Source of the DNA: Macrostomum hystrix
Lineage: Eukaryota > Animalia > Platyhelminthes
DNA: 64,000 bases
Direction of reading: 5' to 3'
Assembly (NCBI GenBank): GCA_950097015.1
Contig: CATNEN010000024.1
Location: 6,696,001-6,760,000, forward strand
Numbering within the stretch: position 1 is the stretch's first letter; each line of letters begins with the position of its first letter. This document shows positions 37,158 to 53,325 of this stretch, piece by piece. The notes under the pieces were generated by a model. That model had not been told where the DNA came from. It made no database searches and saw nothing but the letters and a program-made list of their open reading frames with translations. The translations under genes were made by a program, and so were the position numbers.

Positions 37158-38091
37158 ATGCAGATTAACAGTGAACCCTGTGCAGCTGTCACAGCCTCTC
37201 ACCGCCTGGCTCAGTCAGTTGATTGCAAAGCTGAACCCGTGGGTACAGAGAATAAAAGCCATCTATTGTGCTCATTGCCTGCTCATCTTGTGTCGGCAAC
37301 AGGCGCCGGCCTGCTAGAACAAGATGACGAGGCTGCTAATGAGCCTATTAGTTATGCTAGGCGACACGAGATTAACCTGATGTATCACCAGCTGAGGGAT
37401 CATAGTGAACAGCTGCGACTAACTGGCTGGAGACCCACGGGTGAGTGAGGCATTGGCTGGAGACCCACGGGTGAGTGAGGCATTAGCCGGAGACCCACGG
37501 GTGAGTGAGGCATTGGCTGGAGACCCACGGGTGAGTGAGGCATTGGCTGGAGACCCACGGGTGAGTGAGGCATTGGCTGGAGACCCACGGGTGAGTGAGG
37601 CATTGGCTGGAGACCCACGGGTGAGTGAGGCATTGGCTGGAGACCCACGGGTGAGTGAGGCATTGGCTGGAGACCCACGGGTGAGTGAGGCATTGGCTGG
37701 AGACCCACGGGTGAGTGAGGCATTAATTGGCTGGATGGATGAGTGAGTGAGGCTTATGCAAAAGTTTTTACCTTTGAGTCTACGAGTTTTACATGCATTC
37801 AATCCTTCAGTAGATTGCGAGTACTGCGAGAATAGAATCGCCGCGGATCTCGCACGCGAAGACTGCAGTCGGGAGGAAACTGCCGATGATGATGAAGCCG
37901 GTGGCTCGTGCTGCAGCAGCGCCAGGGGCAGCAGCAGCAGCTGCAGCAGTAGCAGTTCCGTCTGCGGCACCCGGTTCAAGCACAGGCGACGCACAGAACG
38001 TTGGAATCAGGAGTTCGACGAGGAGGTGCGAGAACTGCAGGGCTTTGTTGACCGATCCTATTATCCGACTAAGGTGTACAGGGTTAAATAG
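37158..38091 (+). CDS. Putative 2-exon protein of unknown function, 187 aa; exons 37158..37440 and 37811..38091
   Basis: A phase-1 donor ACGG|GTGAGT and a phase-1 acceptor CCTTCAG|TA join two open frames (…GWRPT-V-DCEYCENR…). No family recognised. Confidence 0.55.
37426..37724 (+). repeat. 30-bp tandem repeat made of the exon end plus the 5' splice donor (GCTGGAGACCCACGG|GTGAGTGAGGCATTG), 10 donors
   Basis: GTGAGT at 37441, 37471 and every 30 bp through 37711. Confidence 0.95.
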
Positions 38092-38207
38092 CGAACAATT
38101 GTTTTTCTACTTTTGTATCCAATAAGTAAATGCAAAGTAATGGGGAAGCACACGGGATTTAGACTTTGTGGGTCGTGACGCTGTTTTCTATTTGCCAGTT
38201 AGAGTGA

Positions 38208-38551
38208 GGAAAACAAGCGAAGTGAGGTGGATATCCCCGGCTATGTTGGTTGACCAATGAGAGTTTGGAAAACAAGCGGAGTGAGGTGGATGTCCCCGGC
38301 TATGTTGGTTAACCAATGAGAGTTTGGAAAACAAGCGGAGTGAGGTGGATGTCCCCGGCTATGTTGGTTAACCAATGAGAGTTTGGAAAACAAGCGGAGT
38401 GAGGTGGATGTCCCCGGCTATGTTGGTTGACCAATGAGAGTTTGGAAAACAAGCGGAGTGAGGTGGATGTCCCCGGCTATGTTGGTTGACCAATGAGAGT
38501 TTGGAAAACAAGCAGAGTGAGGTGGATGTCCCCGGCTATGTTGGTTGACCA
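38208..38551. repeat. 59-bp minisatellite, about 5.5 copies
   Basis: GAAAACAAGCGGAGTGAGGTGGATGTCCCCGGCTATGTTGGTTAACCAATGAGAGTTTG units. Confidence 0.93.
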
Positions 38552-39350
38552 AGGAAAGGTGTAAGGAAAGTGAGTGAGGAAAGGTGTAAATTCCTTTCAG
38601 AGAAGACAATATTATTTTATCGATAAAAAAACTGGACAAGCGCCTTTTGTATACTTTGTTAATTTCTGTTTCGCGCTTAAACTAAGATCTAAAGATTTCA
38701 GACTGAACGCTTTATTCTTTACAAACCGAAATCTATATGGGAGCCGCACGTACGCTCGTATATACAACGAGTAATAAAAACTATTCAGTACAGTAACGTT
38801 ATTAACATCATGCATCTATTTGTGCCTACTATTGAAAATGTTTTTTGTAAATATCTTAAAATTTTATTTTGCGCAAAATGTAACCCCGACTCAATTTCAT
38901 TGACTAAATCCGAGCCGTTTAGCCATACAGATCCCCAGTGTACATTCAACCAACTTAGCTGATTAATGGAAATGAAGCTATATAAGTAATGCAGACTGGG
39001 TCCATGCTTGTCACTGAACCGATATGCAAGACTAGAAAGTTGCCGAGAATTCTAACCACCGTCATAAATTAGCCAGCTCCTGTCTAAAGCGAAGATGTTT
39101 TGTCTGGTTTCAACCGGCACCGCCCACTCAAGCACAGCTGCCTGGTGTCGCATTCTACAACAGCATGGCATTCAAATGCTTATCTGGATATGGCAGCCTA
39201 CTAAGCTTAAGCCTGCATGTTGGACTTTCCCAAATTGGACAGGACAGCAAATCTTGGCTGATGTCACTTGGCTAAGCCAGAGGGCAGCAAAGTAAGTATA
39301 ACAAAGTAAGTCAGCACCTTCACAATATCAGCATACCAGAATATCACCAC

Positions 39351-39607
39351 GAGCTTGCAGCCAAGTGGTTAGACCTTTGCACTTCTGACTGAAAGGTCGG
39401 GTGTTCGAATCCTAGTCCAGCGGATACCCTTAAACGATACACTTGATTCAGTTTTCCCAGGTGTAAGATGGGTACCAGCATAATAATAACAAAAATTGCA
39501 GGACTGTGCACATCATTCGGTGACAGTAGACCCAAATATGTGCATGTGTGAGCACAAACCACAGACACAACCTCACACAGGCGAGTACATCTGCACTGAC
39601 TTTCTCA
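39351..39607 (+). mobile_element. tRNA-derived SINE (family B)
   Basis: A-box-like CAGCCAAGTGGTTAG, B-box GTTCGAATCC, core end CCCAGGTGTAAGATGGGTACC; the 3' part is shared with 25209..25385. Confidence 0.65.
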
Positions 39608-39639
39608 TTGTCAGGCAGTTCACACTCTCACTGTGCCTT

Positions 39640-39770
39640 GGAGGTTGGCCCTCAAGGGCGTAAATTGCACTACAGCTGTCTTGGCTATTCAAGCGAATGT
39701 GGCCTCGCCGCTGAATCGAGCTCAGGGACCTTGGTGCGAGAGGCAAACGCGTTAGACCGCTGACTGTTAT
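39640..39770 (-). mobile_element. Degenerate tRNA-like SINE head
   Basis: Minus strand reads CAGCGGTCTAACGCGTTTGCCTCTCGCACCAAGGTCCCTGAGCTCGATTC (decayed A/B boxes). Confidence 0.4.
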
Positions 39771-40506
39771 AACTTCTAGCGTTTACCTGAGCTCTAAGGC
39801 GCCAATGTTTTCTTATAAGCATAACTATAAAGGCAGAATTGGTTTAACAGCTTACTATAAGTAGTCTGCAAAGAAACGCAGTTAAAAAAACAATAAATAA
39901 CACAAAAGACTTCAGTTTAATTTCCCAGCGATAACTGACCGCCGTTCATGTGGCAGCAATTCAAGCAATCCATTGTGACTGCCGAAGCTGCAGCCGAAGC
40001 TGAATTAACAAGCGATGCCCACTGTATGTCGCAGTTCAGTTATTATTATGTACCATAATTCAATATAAAAAGGTTAGCATCGATCTAATTATAAAGGCCG
40101 AGACTGTGAGAGAGTGTGCAATATGCTACTAAAAGGCATATATAATATATATCAATGAATATTATTATTTCTGAAGGAAACCGAAAATAAACTATTGCAA
40201 TCGAACAGGAAAAAACTTTATTTTGGCATCGATTTGATTTCTTAATCATAGCCTGATAACGCAGGAGAAAACAAAGTAATAAAATGCAACAAATGCTGAT
40301 AGAATGGAGACATAACATAAAGCCTCGATTGATACAGACAGGCAATCTGTTTCAGTTAGCAGACAAATTTGCTAAATTTAGTTTGCAAACAATTAAACAC
40401 AAACAAGCTGAGGCGAGGCTGAAAAAAATTAAAACAGCCAAGACAGCTCGCGCTTCTTAATAACTGACAGATTGAAGCTGCGTTGAGGATAGAGTAACAA
40501 TATAAT

Positions 40507-40544
<38 letters not shown>

Positions 40545-40619
40545 AAACAACAACAACTGAAACTTAAGCAGCGGTGGCAGCGGCACAAGCAACTGCATCA
40601 GCAACTGCGGCAGCTAAGC

Positions 40620-41015
40620 AGTAGCTAAATCGACAGCATCAGCTAAATCGACAGCATCAGCTAAATCGACAGCATCAGCTAAATCGACAGCATCAGCTAA
40701 ATCGACAGCATCAGCTAAATCGACAGCATCAGCTAAATCGACAGCATCAGCTGAATCGACAGCATCAGCTAAATCGACAGCATCAGCTAAATCGACAGCA
40801 TCAGCTAAATCGACAGCATCAGCTGAATCGACAGCATCAGCTAAAGCAACAGCATCAGCTAAATCGACAGCATCAGCTAAATTGACAGCATCAGCTAAAT
40901 CGACAGCATCAGCTAAATCGACAGCATCAGCTAGCTAAATCGACAGCATCAGCTGAATCGACAGCATCAGCTAAATTGACAGCATCAGCTAAATCGACAG
41001 CATCAGCTAAAGCAA
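40620..41015. repeat. 18-bp minisatellite (GCTAAATCGACAGCATCA)n, preceded by (CAG)n at about 40508-40540
   Basis: Direct inspection. Confidence 0.95.
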
Positions 41016-41861
41016 CAGCAGCAGCAGTTGTCATAGTAACCAATTGACACTGATGTCCTTGTCAGCCCAAAAAAGTTCAAAAAATAAAACACAAGAAGAA
41101 CAGCTAAAGAAAGCATGACAGATAGCATGGGTTTTAGACAAACCAACTCAAAGCAGTGTTAATAACGGACTGAAATAAATCATGCCACCAAACATAAAAC
41201 GCTAAAAAAGTAACGCATTTTTCATGGGACCTTTTTGTGCAAAGTTTCATTTTGATTTTTTTTCTGCAAACTTCATAGGTTGCATTTTTGCTGCTAAATT
41301 GCTAAATTGCTAAAACGAAAGAGAAACGGAAATACAAAAATCAAACTAAATGACAAAATGATATTCGATATACAACAAATGAACAAATGAAAGATATGTT
41401 TGTACAATACAAATATTTTGTCTATTTTCATTTATAAATAATTTTTTTCTTGAAGACCAAATCTGTCAAATTATTTTTCTAGCATTTAGGTGTCGAAAAA
41501 ACATTTACAAGAAAAAAAACTGGTGCAATATAGAACGCAATAAACGATTGCGCACCTGTTTAAATGATAAAGGCTATGTACAATGCGGCATAGCAACAAA
41601 AGTACACTAGCATCAGGCAGCGCAAAGCGAGCGTACAACGGAAGAAAATATTTTTTTGTTAATCATTTAAGATATTTCTGCTTAATCGCATTGTGTTTAA
41701 TAACACTAATACAAGACTAAGGTCAAAGTGGAGGCAGTTTCATCTGAACAGGTTTTTAAATAGACTCGGCCGAGCTGGAAAAATGGCAGATTGGGGATAT
41801 TTTGATATTTTCTTGGAACTGCTGAGAATTAAAAATCACAATCCCAACACAATCTTATTAC

Positions 41862-44814
<2,953 letters not shown>

Positions 44815-47800
44815 CGCTGCTGAACTAGCAGGCTTTATTGCTAGTGCTCCCTAAGTCGATTATCAAATGTGTGTTCAATGTTTCCTTTTTATTTCTGCGA
44901 AGATTTTTATTATAATGCAGATGCTGCTCTCTGCGTGCTGCAAAGAAGTTTTTGATGTTTTTATTTTATGCTGTGACTGTTATATGTATATATATGCTCC
45001 TCAACCCCAGTCTGGGGTTTGTGCAAACTCATGCCTTCTTCGCACTTCTCTAGACCCCTTTTCATACATAAATATATGCCCAATGCAGCACACAATTTTC
45101 GCTGCCATTCCATCTCTTAAACATTTATGCCTTCCACCTTAAGGTTATAAATTAAATTATTCTTTCTGCCATTGAGAAGCAACTGCAGGTATGCAAAAGC
45201 TGGATAAAAAAATTGACATTTTTTGCTCCTATACACAACTTTATTTTTTTCAAATGCAATGATGTCACTTTTTATGATTTACATAAAATCACTACCCTCT
45301 TAAATAATTATTGTACATAATTTGTTTTAAGTTATAGGTTCCAAATATATATTTATTATAATGTGCACTCTGTGGAATCAAGTGAAGTTTTGAAAACAAA
45401 ATAGTTACAGTTTACAAAACAATTTTGTAAAAATACTATTTGTAAACTTCTTAGTAGGCCCATTGTTTTAATTGTATGATTTAATACATTTGCAACCTCA
45501 AGAATTCCAGCCAGTTAAGTTTGATAGGATTAAATACACTTTTCATCACATGGAAGAATTTATCTTGTAAAAAGGCAAGGGTTTTCCTGACTGTGAAATT
45601 ATCCGAAAGCTGCTTTAAGGTTTAGGAAAGGTGCAATTTGATTATTGAAATAATATGACTGTGAAGTTACATGTAGCTCAGAATTGCACAGACTGGGAAT
45701 TGATTTGAGATATGGTTGAACAGAGCTAATCATAGCATATTGACAAAACATTCCAGCTTTGGGCAAATTGACACCTTAGAGGGAAGTCTGCTAAAAGGGG
45801 CTAGAGAACAGTTTAACATATTTTGGGAAGTTAGCAAACTTTCTTGATTGTGAAAGCAACTTAGTTTTCTTTTATCTGCAACTTTGCTTTCTCTCATTCA
45901 TGACTTTTTTCTCTAGTCTACAACTTCACTTTCACTCAAAAGAGAAGAAAGACAAAGGAAGAGAAGAAAAGAAGAAAAACAGAGAGTAGAACAGAAAGAG
46001 AAGAAAATCAGATTGGAATAGAAGAGAAAAAACTGAGATGGGGGTATGAAAAATAGACTAAAGAAATTTTGTAACAATTCAGTTGTATAGTTAAACTCAT
46101 AAAACAAACAAAGTTGCAGAAAAGAGAATACTAAATCAGTCAGTATTACCTTTCTTTGAGCAGCATAGATTATTTACCCTTAATTGCAACTTAGATTTCC
46201 TTAAGTATGACTTAGTTTGTTTCTTTGCTTTATTTACAACTTAAAACAATTTTCTTTGGTCTAATTTTTAGATCCTTAGCCTTCTCTGTTTTATTATTTT
46301 CTTCTTTCTTCTTTTTCTCAGTTTTCCACTCCTTCTTTGTGTTTTTTTCTTCAAAATAGTAAAATTTACAGTGGGCAAACTCTTTTTTTCACATTTGCAT
46401 TAAATAATTCTTATTAGTTATCTTTTTATTTTCTTACAAATTTGTAAAATACATAAAAAACTTAAATATAGTTTTCTATTTCTAATGGGATTGTGGTACT
46501 CAATTGGTCTATATTCTACATAGGCCTATGTGTGATATGCCAACTGCACCAAGGCAAAAATGTTATTAGTAAATCAAATAAAAATAGCATAGTAAATCAT
46601 ATTAAATAATTATATAATGTTTACTAAAAACTAGATAGCTAAAACTAATTTAAGTCTATAGGCCCTAAATGATACAACATTTGACAGCAATCCTCTAGTT
46701 TCACACCTTAAATTATTTTATAAAAGATAATGACTTTCTTAGCTACCACAAGTAAATACTTGAAGTCTTGAACTGGCATAAGTCTTTTAAATAACATATC
46801 AATGTATGGCTTGTCTTTGGTCTAAACCAAAACAAAAGATAGAAGATAAGGTGCAGGTGTGACTAAGGGAAAAAAGCAATTTTGCACTTTTAGCTTGACT
46901 TGCCTGGTTACCTTAGGCAAAAATATTCTCTATGTGGCATACTACTATGACATCTGATTGGCTTGTTGGTTGTTGGCCATTTCTTATTACTTACTTTTAA
47001 TTAAAAGTTTTTATAGGCCCTAAAGAAGAAAATTAAACTGCAGTTGTACAATCAATTTGAATTGAATGTGCAAAACTATAGGATTGTACAACATTGTTCC
47101 TATAGATATACAAAGTATGTTTCAAATGCTATCTTAGCAAAATATTGTAATTTAATTTTAATTTCATAAATTCAATATGGCATATAGCATGATGCACTAA
47201 GCTGAGTACTAGGTGTGTCAGCTGTCCACAATGAGTGCCTAAAACACGATCCATAGGCCTAGTCAGGAAAATGGCAGTTTGGTTGAAACTTCTGGAGCAC
47301 AGCACACTGGCCCTTTTTGGCACACATTGGTGCATCTACACCAATGCCCACACAACACAGGCACATAACACAAGCTAGCGCAAAACGTATACACACTCTA
47401 AAATAGTTGCATCAGTTATTGCGCCTTGGATTACTTGGAATTGGAACACTTGTAAACTAAAAAAATACTTGTAAAGAACAAAAAAACTATAGCCTTACTT
47501 TAACGTGCAGTCAAAAATTAATTTAGTTGTGCGTCTTCTAATGAAATAAAGACATCATTTAGTTATTAAGGCCAATATAACCATAGTTTTTTATACGCGT
47601 ACTGCTAAAGTCGTCATGTGATTTGGATATCAAAGATTAAGTAATAATGTCATTAATTCTTCGACGGAGCTTTAAATGTGAAATACAGCACGTTAAACTT
47701 TCGTAATCGAATTACAATAACATCGTTATCAACGAGTGCACATGTGCACATCTCTAATTTAGTAACATTCACGCATTACAACTTCTTAGTTGCTCCAGTT

Positions 47801-48486
47801 AAATAAAATGCTTAGATTAATTATCACCTGCTTCTGGGATTCCTTTACACTTTTTGCGAATTGTGACCTCAATTGTGATTTCATTTTATTTTCAAATTTT
47901 AGAGTATAGTTTTTAATATAATTAACCACAGAAAGCCTTGCTGCTAAATAGCAAGGCTTCATCTTTAGCTCAGTTTCTTTTGATTTTCAAGTTTGCGCGT
48001 GCGCGTTCGCTCGGGGACAATTTTGGCCATAGAAGTCTGAATTGAATTTCTTCTTTTTCAATAGAAAGGGACTTTGTTTGAACTGAATTTCCGCAAGCGC
48101 TGATATTTCTTAAAGTGTTTGAATTGAAGTTCTGTTTGTTTCTTTTGAACAAGACTTTTTTCAAAATAGGAGGTAAAATTGTGTAAGTGTAGCGCACAAT
48201 TAAAATTCAGTGCAGCAATAAAAAATAGCTCTTTGAGAACTTCTCTTTCTGAAAAACTGCAGCTCGACAGTTACGAGTATATCAGCTGAGAAACACGTAC
48301 GTTTTCTGCTTTTGTAAATAAAGAGTCTGCGTTGAGTATGACTGCAGCTATATACTTACAAGCAGCAACAATGGAGAGATAGAGTAACTATCAGCCCGTA
48401 TGGTTTGTTTCTTTATTTGAACACAATGTTGAACAAGGAAAAAAGAAAAGGCGAGCAAAATTTGCTGCGATTGTTTCGCGTCGCGC

Positions 48487-49613
48487 TTATTTCTGCTTGG
48501 CTTTGTTGGTCTTCCGACCCGCTTGACCCTGCACTCCGATGGCTTTCTGCCAGCGGCTTCCAGTAGAACGACGCATGGTTTTAACTTTTCGACGACGTTG
48601 ACGAAGGCTCGGTGCTGCTGGTGCGGCCCCGGACGAAGCCGCTGCGGCGCGGGCTCGGTCAGCCAGCCGACGGTGAGTCTGCGAGTCAACCAGAGCTCCG
48701 GTGAATGACCGGCCGCGCCAAGACACCGTCACGACTAGGGGGCAGCCGCTGACGCCGGCACCGATTTGGAGCGAGTCAAGCAGAAGTACACCTTCCAGAC
48801 GGACCAGATGGCTGGCCGGTGCTTCTGGCCAGGCGGCTTCAGCCTCTTGAAGCTGAGCCAACTGCTGGCGAGTGCCGATGAAGCTGGGGTGTAGCTGGGC
48901 ACAAACTTGCCGCGGCCTCTGTTCCTGGTGCTGCTGTAACAGTTTGGGAGTGATTTGGAGTGGTGAGCGATTTTTGTAAGCCTTTTAAGAAAGCTGATTA
49001 AAGGCAGAAAGAAGAGAAGGCAGATAGGTGAAGACATAGAGAAGAGAAGCCATAGAGAGGAGAAGGCAGATAGGAGAAGCAGAAAGGAGAAGCCATAGAG
49101 AGGAGAAGGCAGATAGGCGAAGACATAGAGAAGAGAAGCCATAGAGAGAAGAAGGCAGATAGGAGAAGCCATAGAGAGCAGAAGGCAGATACGCGAAGGC
49201 AGATAGGAGAAGCCATAGAGAGGAGAAGCCATAGAGAGGAGAAGCCATAGAGAGGAGAAGCCATAGAGAGGAGAAGCCATAGAGAGGAGAAGGCAGGGAG
49301 GAGAAGGCAGTGAGTAGGTAGAGAGCAAATAGAGGGCTAGTAGCGGAGATCCGGCACTTTCTAAGACTCGCCTGTGCCTGTCTGGGAAGTCGGGCTACTT
49401 GGCGCCGCCAGTTATCGCCGCCTCCTCCGTCGCGTACGTGCCTCCAGCTGGTCTCGGCGGAGGCGACTGCAGAGCTGTCGCCAGCTGGCTGATTAAATTT
49501 GGCAGCATTGAAATCTTCTAGCTGCGATCTCTTGATGCGAATTTTGAGCGACATGCTCGGACTGTCAGCAGTAGCTTTACTGGTGCGTTGCTCCTTATCA
49601 CTAGCTGATGAAA
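48487..49613 (-). CDS. Scribbler/ZNF608-609-like block 2 (divergent conserved domain, no zinc finger); exons about 49372..49613 and 48487..48981
   Basis: SLKIRIKR, then VRLEGVLL...PLVVTVSWRGRSFTGALVDS, which resembles the family motif V.LEGIVW...MLVVNVTWR.KTYVGTLLD. An intron is required across the GA repeat because of the in-frame stop at 48985-48987. Splice sites are inferred. Confidence 0.6.
49010..49315. repeat. 16-bp purine-rich minisatellite (GCCATAGAGAGGAGAA)n
   Basis: Direct inspection; intronic in the model above. Confidence 0.9.
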
Positions 49614-49749
49614 CTAGGAAGGATTAAAGGAAGAGAAGAGGAAAAGATTTGCACGAGCTTCAATGCTTTGACAAACTGATTAATGCGGAAAGCAGAAAAG
49701 GAAGAGAGGGAAAGAGATTGGAGACAGCCGGTGGGGGCCCGTGCCTGCA

Positions 49750-49885
49750 TGACTCACCCAGGATTTATTCAGCACGTGCTGTCTGGAGCATATTTGAGCA
49801 CAGGAGGCTTGACCCGAATAATAGACAGAGCGCGGCTTCCCCAGTCCATGGACTGAATAGTTGTGCGCAGCCATGCAGAGAGGAG
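49750..49885 (+). mobile_element. Possible diverged, headless SINE family-A body
   Basis: ACTCACCCAGGATTTAT and CCCCAGTCCATGGAC...GCGCAGCCATGCAGA resemble the family-A core and body. Confidence 0.35.
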
Positions 49886-51194
49886 AAATTGCCCCACTGT
49901 GCCTATCGATGTATAGCATTACGCATTGTGTGCTTAGTACAACTAGGAATCTTGAAATTTAAAATTAGGAAACCTTTCTAAAGATCGAACAGTTTTTACT
50001 TCCATTCAAGCAAATTTTCTACAACTGCAAACTTCAATCGCATATTGCTAAATTACAGTAGAAAACCGCGGGGGTATTTTTAATATCTTTATCTTTGACA
50101 AGAATCGCTGAATGTCTCGACGATGCTGACTTCGGACAGCTTGGAAAGTTAGTTCGTCGCAAAGGGCGGAAAATTTAGATCCATACGGTGGACTTGCACG
50201 AAAATCGGTCCTTCGGTTTGGGAGCGTTTCGGATCGCGAAGCAGGCAGTGGGAATTTGAAATAGCCCGTTGTCTTTCTGCTGCTAAACGGTCTACTAATA
50301 AGTAGAGTGTTGGAAATAAATTGTACTTTTTTGTCTTGCAACTATAAGCGTTCAAGACTGGAAATTAAAATTCGTAGAACCAAATCAGTTTATTTTCATT
50401 TGCTTTGCTCACATTTTTTTCGCGCGAATTTGAATTTCTTTAATCGACGAACGAAAACATTTTTTGGAATAAATTATTAATGGAATCCAGCTAGAAAAAT
50501 GCAGAATGTGTGCGTGCGTGTGTATGATTTATAATGAGATGGACACGCAAATTGCCCAATACTGTCGTCTATTTTTTTGCCTTCGGGCTACAAAACCGAT
50601 TTTCCGTTTTCGGAAAACCGACATTTTCCGATTATTTTTACCAAAGCCCTCTCGATTGCGTAATAGTCACCAGCGACGAGCTGATGGACTGATGGAAAGA
50701 AAAGATGGACGGGGGATATTTTTAATTTCTGATCAGCCAATCCTTCACTGTTCCAGTCAAATATTCTTTCCCAGCAATATAGGCCCCACTCTGCAGGTCT
50801 GGGCCACCTTGTCACTCGGCTTGACCCCACGATCGCGTTTGGCTGGGATTTAGTAGGAGTGCAATTTCTTCCCACAGCATCACCAACCCCCCCCAACCTA
50901 CCCGAAGAACGCGAGCCGCCCGGCATGCAAATGAGCCGAGGCCTGGCCCGGGATTAGTAAATTAGGGATCACGATAGAAGTGAGCAGGGGAAAAAGTTGG
51001 CGAGTTTGAGATGGGAAACGAACTGCGGTTGGGACTTGAATAAGCCGGAGTGGAAAGATCAGGGAGAACAATAATTCGCTGCAGGGACCTGCAACCATGC
51101 GACCTGCGGCTTTGGGAGCAGGAAAGATTGTTCTCAAAGTGAAGACTTTTTAATACCGATACACTTCACAGTAAAGAAGGTGAATAATACAGTG

Positions 51195-51460
51195 GGGAAA
51201 ATACTGAGGGGAGAAATACTGAGGGGAGAAATACTGAGGGGAGAAATACGGGTTGAGAATTACTGGGGAGCGAAAACTGGTTAGACACACAACTATAGAG
51301 GGGAGAAATGCGAAGGCGAGAAATAGAGGGGGATAATTACTGGGGGGAGAAATACTGAGGGGAGAAATACTGAGGGGAGAAATACTGAGGGGAGAAATAC
51401 TGAGGGGAGAAATACTGAGGGGAGAAATACTGAGGGGAGAAACACTGAGGGGAGAAATAC
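51195..51460. repeat. 15-bp repeat (GGGGAGAAATACTGA)n in two blocks
   Basis: Direct inspection. Confidence 0.9.
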
Positions 51461-52047
51461 TTTTTGCGAAAAAAATTCCCTTGAGAACAATCAAAAAAAG
51501 TTGTTGACTCTTTTCTGAAAATCTAAAGAAAAAAGGTTGTGCTGGACAAAATGACCAGAAATTGCGGTTTGCACTCGCATATTAACCAGTTGAATTCGCA
51601 CAGCAGCAGCAGCAATGGGCTGACAGACAGCCGTCCCCGCAAGTGTCGCTTTCTTAAGTTTCTCCGCTTTTCCACACTTGAGGGAGTCCCGACAAACCAG
51701 CCCCCAGGTCTCATCCCATGCAGGCAACAGTCTGAAGCACGGCGGAGGGAATAATCAATCTTAGTTACCGTTGCTTTCTCTGCTCCCACACGCAGCCCTG
51801 CCTATCGGATCCTCGAATGGGCCCGCTCCCTTTTCTTCTTCTTCTTCTTTTTCCACCCACCCCCACATTTCACTTTCTAGCCCCTCTCACTATTCCCAAT
51901 CTTTCTCCACGCAGGACCGGCTCTCATTAATAAGCATCGTCTCCAATATAGTGTCGCAACGCTTAGGCGACCGCCGCTGTCCTTTCTCATCCGACCAGCC
52001 TGCCACACACCGCCACCGCCACCGCCACCGCCATCCTAACCATCTGA

Positions 52048-53325
52048 GATCCTGCCGACACTAGACACTCGCTATCCCAGATCCTGCCGACCTTAGACAC
52101 CCGCTATCCCAGATCCTGCCGACACTAGACACTCGCTATCCTAGATCCTGCCGACCCTTGACACCCACTATCCCAGATCCTGTCGACCCTAGACACTCGC
52201 TATCCCAGATCCTGCCGACCTTAGACACCCGCTATCCCAGATCCTGCCGACACTAGACACTCGCTATCCTAGATCCTGCCGACCCTTGACACCCACTATC
52301 CCAGATCTTGTCGACCCTAGACACTCGCTATCCCAGATCCTGCCGACCTTAGACACCCGCTATCCCAGATCCTGCCGACTCTAGACACTCGCTATCCCAG
52401 ATCCTGCCGACCCTAGACACTCGCTATCCCAGATCCTGTCGACCCTAGACACTCGCTATCGCAGATCCTGTCGACCCTAGACACTCGCTATCCGAGATCC
52501 TACTGACCCTAGACACCCGCTATCCCAGATCCTGCCGACACTAGACACTCGCTTTCCCAGATCCTGCCGACCCTAGACACTCGCTATCCCAGATCCTGCC
52601 GACCCTAGACACCCACTATCCCAGATCCTGTCGACCCTAGACACTCGCTTTCCCAGATCCTGTCGACCCTAGACACTCGCTATCGCAGATCCTGTCGACC
52701 CTAGACACTCGCTATCCGAGATCCTACTGACCCTAGACACCCGCTATCCCAGATCCTGCCGACCCTAGACACTCGCTATCCCAGATCCTGCCGACCCTAG
52801 ACACTCGCTATCCCAGATCCTGCCGACCCTAGACACCCACTATCCCAGATCCTGCCGACCCTAGACACTCGCTATCCCAGATCCTGTCGACCCTAGACAC
52901 TCGCTTTCCCAGATCCTGCCGACCCTAGACACTCGCTATCCCAGATCCTGCCGACCCTAGACACCCACTATCCCAGATCCTGCCGACCCTAGACACTCGC
53001 TATCCCAGATCCTGTCGACCCTAGACACTCGCTATCGCAGATCCTGTCGACCCTAGACACTCGCTATCGCAGATCCTGTCGACCCTAGACACTCGCTATC
53101 CCAGATCCTGTCGACCCTAGACACTCGCTATCCCAGATCCTGTCGACCCTAGACACTCGCTATCGCAGATCCTGTCGACCTTAGACACTCGCTATCCCAG
53201 ATCCTGTCGATCCTAGACACTCGCTATCCCAGATCCTGTCGACCCCAGACACTCGCTATCCCAGATCCTGTCGACCCTAGACACTCGCAATCCGAGATCC
53301 TACTGACCCTAGACACTCGCTATCC
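52048..53325. repeat. 32-bp minisatellite (AGATCCTGCCGACCCTAGACACTCGCTATCCC)n, about 40 copies
   Basis: Direct inspection. Confidence 0.95.

Noticed and set aside
37400-37994. ORFs with (MPHSPVGLQP)n, (ANASLTRGSP)n and (VSEALAGDPR)n
   Set aside because: By-products of the 30-bp donor repeat.
47933-47959. 10-bp perfect hairpin AAGCCTTGCT-loop-AGCAAGGCTT resembling a terminator
   Set aside because: Intrinsic terminators are not relevant in this eukaryotic context, there is no CTRR Helitron end after it, and an isolated hairpin has no further support.
52048-53325. 32-bp unit shares TGCCGACCC with the hAT MITE terminus
   Set aside because: Only 9 nt; compatible with chance.
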